Assembly: GCA_002269645.1 (NCBI GenBank)
Contig: NIVC01001552.1
Location: 62,001-126,000, forward strand
DNA: 64,000 nt
DNA from: Macrostomum lignano
Lineage: Eukaryota
Direction: 5' to 3'
In this document: piece by piece, positions 57,435 to 64,000 of the stretch
Layout of the letters: each line of letters begins with the position of its first letter
Position numbering within the stretch: the first letter of the stretch is position 1
Position numbers and translations under genes: made by a program
Notes under the pieces: model-generated
What the model was told of the DNA's origin: nothing
The model's input: only the letters and a program-made list of their open reading frames with translations
Database searches by the model: none

Positions 57435-57745
57435 CTAATAGCGACAATCCCCATAGCAACAACTCCCATAGCAACAATCCCCATAGCGACAATCCCCATA
57501 GCGACAATCCCCATTGCGACAATTCCCATAGCAACAATCCCCATAGCAACAATCCCCATAGCAACAATTCCCATAGCAACAATTCCCATAGCAACAATTC
57601 CTATAGCGAAAATCCCCATAGCAACAATTCCCATAGCAACAATTCCTATAGCGAAAATCCCCATAGCAACAATCCCCATAGCAACAATTCCCATAGCGAC
57701 AATCCCCATAGCAACAATTCCCATAGCAACGATTACCATAGCAAA
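57435..57745. repeat. 15-bp minisatellite (CCATAGCAACAATCC)
   Basis: About 20 units. Confidence 0.93.
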
Positions 57746-57814
57746 ACCGTAGGAAAACTTCAATCTGGGGCAACGCGGTACTCCCAGCAACCGATTGCCT
57801 CACCCCATTAACAG

Positions 57815-58091
57815 GAGGGCCGGTCAGCATTCCATCACGCCGCAGCCTGCGGTCACACGCAAATAGTGAAGATGATCCTCGACAACCAGCTGTCGCCGGT
57901 GAATCAAACCGACGCCGGCGGTAAAACTGCTTTGCACCTGGCCGCTGCCGCCGGTCACATGCAGTGCACCCAGGTGCTCATCAGCCTGGGCGCTGATGTC
58001 AATCACCGAGAGCGACTCAACATGAACTCACCACTGCACGAAGCCGCTTTCAGTGGGTTCAGCATGACTGTGGATATCCTCTGCAGGGCAG
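57815..58091 (+). CDS. ANKRD6: ANKRD6/Diego-like, ankyrin-repeat exon 2
   Basis: EGRSAFHHAAACGH..GKTALHLAAAAGH..NSPLHEAAFSGF. TAACAG acceptor and G|GTGAGA donor. Confidence 0.88.
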
Positions 58092-58098
58092 GTGAGAG

Positions 58099-58420
<322 letters not shown>

Positions 58421-58431
58421 CTATCCCGCAG

Positions 58432-58686
58432 GCAGTGACGCGAACGCATCAAACAGGCAACAGTCCACTCCGTTGCACCTGAGCGCCCAGGCAGGCCACA
58501 ACCAGTGTGCCAGGGTGCTGCTGTGCGGCGGCTCGAGTCCCGCCCTGCCGAACACCTACGGTGACTCGCCGCTGCACACCGCCTGTCGCTACGGGCACGC
58601 TGGCGTCAGCCGCATCCTGCTTAGCGCCCACCCGCTGACCCCGGTGAACATGCGGAACAAGAACGGCGACACCGCACTGCATATTG
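58432..58686 (+). CDS. ANKRD6: ANKRD6/Diego-like, ankyrin-repeat exon 3
   Basis: STPLHLSAQAGHNQCARVLL..GDSPLHTACRYGHAGVSRILLSA..NGDTALHI closely resembles the Diego/Diversin repeats as I recall them. Phase 1-1. Confidence 0.9.
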
Positions 58687-58701
58687 GTGAGTTTTCGTCC
58701 G

Positions 58702-60275
58702 GTATCTAACAGAATTCTGAGCAATGTCTATCTGACGTGCTAGAATCGTATCCAACAGGTTCTAGAATTGTATCAAACAGCTAGGTTCCATAATCGCGTG
58801 TCTAACAAGTTTTTTAATCGTGTCTAACAGGTTTTAAAATCGTGTCTAACAGGCTCTATAATCGTGTTTAAATGTTCTAGAATCGTGTCTAACAGGTTCT
58901 AGAATCGTGTCTAACAGGTTTTAGAATCGTGTCTAACAGGCTCTATAATCGTGTTTAACATGTTTGAGAATCATGTCCAACAGGTTCTAGAATCGTATCT
59001 AACAGGCTCTATAATCGTGTCTAACAGGTTCTTGAATCGTGTCTAACAGGTTCTAGAATTGTATCAAACAGCTAGGTTCTATAATCGCGTGTCTAAAAAG
59101 TTTTTTAATCGTGTCTAACAGGTTCTAGAACCGTGTCTAACAGGTTCTAGAATCGTGTCTAACAGGCTCTAGAATCGTGTCTAACAGGTTCTTGAATCGT
59201 GTCTAACAGGTTCTAGAATTGTATCAAACAGCTAGGTTCTATAATCGCGTGTCTACCAAGTTTTTTAATCGTGTCTAACAGGTTTTAGAATCGTGTCTAA
59301 CAGGCTCTAGAATCGTGTCTAACAGGTTCTAGAATCATGTCTAACAGATTCTAGAATCATGTCTAACAGGTTCTAGAATCGTATCTAACAGGCTCTATAA
59401 TCGTGTCTAACAGGCTCTATAATCGTGTCTAACAGGTTCTAGAATCGTGTTTAAAATGTTCTAGAATCGTGTCTAACAGGTTCTTGAATCGTGTCTAACA
59501 GGTTCTAGAATTGTATCAAACAGCTAGGTTCTATAATCGCGTGTCTAAAAAGTTTTTTAATCGTGTCTAACAGGTTCTAGAACCGTGTCTAACAGGTTCT
59601 AGAATCGTGTCTAACAGGCTCTAGAATCGTGTCTAACAGGTTCTTGAATCGTGTCTAACAGGTTCTAGAATTGTATCAAACAGCTAGGTTCTATAATCGC
59701 GTGTCTACCAAGTTTTTTAATCGTGTCTAACAGGTTTTAGAATCGTGTCTAACAGGCTCTAGAATCGTGTCTAACAGGTTCTATAATCGTTTCTAACATG
59801 TTCTAGAATCATGTCTAACAGATTCTAGAATCGTATCTAACAGGCTCTATAATCGTGTCTAACAGGCTCTATAATCGTGTCTAACAGGTTCTAGAATCGT
59901 GTTTAAAATGTTCTAGAATCGTGTCTAACAGGTTCTAGAACCGTGTCTAACAGGTTCTATAATCGTTTCTAACATGTTCTAGAATCATGTCTAACAGATT
60001 CTAGAATCATGTCTAACAGGTTCTAGAATCGTATCTAACAGGCTCTATAATCGTGTCTAACAGGCTCTATAATCGTGTCTAACAGGTTCTAGAATCGTGT
60101 TTAAAATGTTCTAGAATCGTGTCTAACAGGTTCTAGAATCGTGTCTAACGGGTTCTAGAATCGTATCTAACGGGTTCTAGAATCGTATCTAACATGCTCT
60201 ATAATCGTGTCTAACAGGTTCTAGAATCGTGTCTAACAAGCTCTATAATTCTATAATCGTGTTTAACAATCTCCA
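58702..60275. repeat. 22-bp minisatellite (TCTAGAATCGTGTCTAACAGGT) with longer repeated blocks
   Basis: About 70 units directly after the donor. Confidence 0.95.
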
Positions 60276-60619
60276 ACCTGACGGTGCATCCAATGCACAG
60301 CATAACAGGTCGTAGCGTGGCTGAAATATGATTTGGCAGTTAGACCACATCCTGCAAGCAGATCTTGCATTAATTTGCGTGACAAGACTCAATTAGTTGC
60401 AGTGACCCAGCCTTGTTCAGAGACGGCTACTGATCTCAACTCAAGCTACAGAATGTGTTCGGATTAGGGAATCGAGAGGGGACCATAAAAGTACATATCA
60501 TTGACAAGATAAACGAAAATTTCGTAATTAAAGATTACTGAAGTTCGCATCGAATTTCGAATTTTGTTTGATGGTTGAACTCATTTTAAGATAAGACTTC
60601 TTATAGAGTCATACAGGAA

Positions 60620-60810
60620 ATGGTCATAGAGTGTGCTCATGATGATAATTGACGTTTCTCGTATTGGTCATACAGTGTGCTCATGATGATAATTGACATT
60701 GCTCATAATGGTCATACAGTGGGCTCATGTTGATAATTGGCATTGCTCATATTGGTCACACAGTGTGCTACTGATGACCATCGGCATTCCTCATATTGGT
60801 CATTAGACAG
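60620..60810. repeat. Degenerate ~40-bp repeat (TGGTCATACAGTGTGCTCATGATGATAATTGAC...)
   Basis: 4-5 diverged units. Confidence 0.7.
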
Positions 60811-61300
60811 TGCAGCTATTTGGTCATAAAACAGTGCTCATTAGTTTTAGACAGGGACGCACAGTTTTCGTTCAAAAAGCTGGTGATGATCATACCTCGT
60901 ACCTGTTTACAAGCTTAGAAAATGCTCAAAATGGTCATTTCAAACGCTCATACAGTAATGGTCCATTCAATACCCATAGTAGCCATGTTGAATACATACA
61001 ATAGTCATCAATGCTTATAATATTTGAAACAATCGCTTTTTCAAGGACTAATATGATTGGTCATATAATAGTCATAAGGAATAGTCAGTCATACAACAGT
61101 CATAACGATTGTTCATACTATAGTCAATGATTAATCATACAACAGTCATAATAATTTTTCACTCAACAGTCATACGTTTTTGCTATATAAGGTCATAATT
61201 ATTGGTCATACAATAGTCATAATTACTGATCATACAATTGTCACAATAATTGCTCATAAGAGCCCTATCCAATGCTCAAAATACTCATCCATTCATCCAG

Positions 61301-61554
61301 CCGCAGCCCTGCGCCGCAAGAAGATCATTAAGCTGCTGCTGGAGTGCGGTGCCGAGCTGCACCACAAGAACAACCAGGGCGAAACTCCAGTCGACGTAGC
61401 CAAACGGAAAGGTCACGCCGACGTTGTCGACCTGCTCTGGCAGCCGTCTGGCAATCTTCAGACAGGCTCGCTGCTGACTGCAGCCGGTTCAATTTCGACT
61501 CTGCCAAAGGCTAGCGCTGCCGGCGGTCACTATGCTGTGTCCGCGGTTGACCAG

Positions 61555-61586
<32 letters not shown>

Positions 61587-61897
61587 GCAGATGCCAGTTC
61601 CAATCTTGAAGCTCCGACAGCCTCCGCCGCCGCCGATGCCACAGCAGCAGCAGCAACAGCAGCAGCAGCAACAGCAGCAGCAACATTATCACTTTCCACC
61701 GCCGCAGCAGCAGAAACCAAAGCAGATGATGTTCCAGACATCACCCGCTTCAAGCGCCGAGCAGAAGGAAGGCACACCAAAGCCTGAAGATCCTGAGCTG
61801 TTGCGGCAGCAGCAGCAACAGCAGCAGCAACAGCAGCAACTGCAACAACAGAAGAAGAAACGAAAATTTTCGCTATTCAAACTGTTTCGAAAGAAAA
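61301..61897 (+). CDS. ANKRD6: ANKRD6/Diego-like exon 4: last ankyrin repeats and polyQ/Pro region
   Basis: AAALRRKKIIKLLLECGAELHHKNNQGETPVDVAKRKGH followed by three CAG/CAA tracts. A|GTGAGT donor. Confidence 0.88.
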
Positions 61898-61914
61898 GTG
61901 AGTTTTTAGATCGC

Positions 61915-62490
61915 TGAGTAAACTCAATTCCAATCTGAGTAGACTCAATTCCAATCTGAGTAGTCTCAATTCCAATCTGAGTAGACTCAATTCCAATCTG
62001 AGTAGACTCAATTCCAATCTGAGTAGACTCAATTCCAATCTGAGTAGACTCAATTCCAATCTGAGTAGACTCAATTCCAATCTGAGTAGACTCAATTCCA
62101 ATCTGAGTAGACTCAATTCCAATCTGAGTAGACTCAATTCCAATCTGAGTAGACTCAATTCCAATCTGAGTAGACTCAATTCCAATCTGAGTAGACTCAA
62201 TTCCAATCTGAGTAGACTCAATTCCAATCTGAGTAGACTCAATTCCAATCTGAGTAGACTCAATTCCAATCTGAGTAGACTCAATTCCAATCTGAGTGGA
62301 CTCAATTCCAATCTGAGTAGACTCAATTCCAATCTGAGTAGACTCAATTCCAATCTGAGTAGACTCAATTCCAATCTGAGTAGACTCAATTCCAATCTGA
62401 GTAGACTCAATTCCAATCTGAGTAGACTCAATTCTAATCTGAGTAGACTCAATTCCAATCTGAGTAGACTCAATTCCAATCTGAGTAGAC
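61915..62490. repeat. 21-bp near-perfect minisatellite (AGTAGACTCAATTCCAATCTG)
   Basis: About 27 units filling the intron. Confidence 0.96.
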
Positions 62491-62521
62491 ACAAACACTC
62501 GCAAGTCTTCAATCAACTCAG

Positions 62522-62894
62522 GCAGAGAGAGACATCCTGGCGACATCAACGGAGGCAGCGGCGGCGGAGGCGCAGACGGCGGTGTCTCATCTGCCACTGA
62601 AGCGGCACCCGTACCCGCGGTGGCGGCCAGCTACCATCAGCACCTTGGCAATGGCGGCCTTCGAGCCCAGGTCACCAGCCAGTGCACCTGTCACGTGAGG
62701 GTCACTACCGGCGCCGAGGCAACCGTTGGCCAGTCCAGAATCTCGCACTGCATCCTGCATGGCAACCGAGAGTGGCACGGAGGCGGCGATGGAGGAGGCT
62801 TTGCAGTGAAGGTGCCAGCAGCAGCAGCAGCTGACTCTGGCGTGCCTGAGTCGCTGAGCTACCAACAGCTGTTCCCAATCAGCAATCCTTACCA
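62522..62894 (+). CDS. ANKRD6: ANKRD6/Diego-like exon 5 (low-complexity region with CTCH motif)
   Basis: CAACTCAG acceptor in phase 1, open frame, CA|GTAAGT donor in phase 2. Confidence 0.75.
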
Positions 62895-62989
62895 GTAAGT
62901 CAGCAGCAAATGCTTTGCAACCTTGCTAGATCCCAGATCTCTGAATTATCTTCAAAGCTAAATCCTAAAATCTCTATAATCTCTATTTA

Positions 62990-63610
62990 GCCACATTCTA
63001 CATCCCTCAATTATCCCAATTTACCTAAATTCCACATCCCTAAATTATCCCTATTCAGCTAAATTCCACATCCCTAAATTATCCCCATTCAGCTACATCC
63101 CAAATCCTTCAATTATCCCCATCCAGCTACATTCCATATCCTTAAATTATCCCCATCCAGCTACATTCCACATCCCTAAATTATCCCCATCCAGCTACAT
63201 CCCACATCCCTCAATTATCCCCATCCAGCTACATTCCACATCCCTAAATTATCCCCATCCAGCTACATCCCACATCCCTCAATTATCCCCATCTAGCTAC
63301 ATCCCACATCCCTAAATTATCCCCATTCAGCTACATCCCAAATCCTTCAATTATCCCCATCCAGCTACATTCCATATCCTTAAATTATCCCCATCCAGCT
63401 ACATTCCACATCCCTAAATTATCCCCATCCAGCTACATCCCACGTCCCTTAATTATCCCCATTCAGCTACATCCCACATCCTTCTATTATACCCATCCAG
63501 CTACATCCCACTTCCCTCAATTATCCCCATCCAGCTACATTCCACATCCCTAAATTATCCCCATTCACATCCCACATCCCTCAATTATCCCCATTCACAT
63601 CCCACATCCT
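62990..63610. repeat. About 34-bp minisatellite (CCACATCCCTAAATTATCCCCATCCAGCTACATT)
   Basis: About 18 units. Confidence 0.92.
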
Positions 63611-63618
63611 CTCTGCAG

Positions 63619-63860
63619 CAGCAGCCCCATGGCAGCCGAGAAGCCCCGCCTGTACCGGACCCGCTCAGACGAATCTCTCAGCATGTCGGAGTTCAAAGTC
63701 AAAACGCAGAAGGAGAAGCTTCGAGCTTTTCACGATCGGCAAGAGACTTGGCGCGCAGCAGCGGCAGCTTCTGGCGCTCCGGTGGCGCCGCAGACGGGCC
63801 GACGCGGTGCCTACCAGCAGCAGCAGCAGCAGCAATCACCGGGAGCAAACCAGATTTACA
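63619..63860 (+). CDS. ANKRD6: ANKRD6/Diego-like exon 6 (ends at the GTGAGT donor at 63861, or reads to a stop at 63868)
   Basis: CTCTGCAG acceptor in phase 2. Encodes HSSPMAAEKPRLYRTRSDESLSMSEFKVKTQKEKL... Confidence 0.7.
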
Positions 63861-64000
63861 GTGAGTGACAACTCTGAAAATTTTCTTTTTTACACCTGTT
63901 CAACTAGGTGTAAAAAATTGCTTTAGCAAATATCAGTCATTATTTTAATGCGTGACTCCACATCCCGAACATTAATATGGCATACTAATGATACATTAAT

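Overview
Eukaryotic, intron-rich animal DNA. By my rough sum about 45% of the window is tandem repeat. The intronic minisatellite landscape resembles a Macrostomum-like flatworm; that is inference only. Four spliced host genes can be reconstructed: the 3' end of an LDLa-domain single-pass membrane protein (+, 267-3321), a CD20/MS4A-like four-TM protein (+, 8061-8798), a Shaw/Kv3 potassium channel (-, about 12845-35323, with a 10.3-kb GC-AG first intron) and an ANKRD6/Diego-like ankyrin protein (+, 56737 to about 63860, possibly continuing past the window). There is also a possible 94-aa three-exon gene (-, 4852-6813). The most interesting object is a Neptune-like Penelope retroelement (44000-49367) inserted in a (TATC)n microsatellite. 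It has 868-bp pseudo-LTRs with no differences seen, each carrying a minimal hammerhead ribozyme with a palindromic helix III. It also has a long upstream ORF1 ending in a degenerate SGNH-esterase-like domain, and an in-frame A_AAA_AAC slippery site plus hairpin that could fuse ORF1 to the RT/GIY-YIG ORF by -1 frameshifting. A hAT-like non-autonomous element carrying a 1.4-kb minisatellite lies in a Shaw intron. Most long ORFs in the supplied track are artefacts of stop-free repeats.
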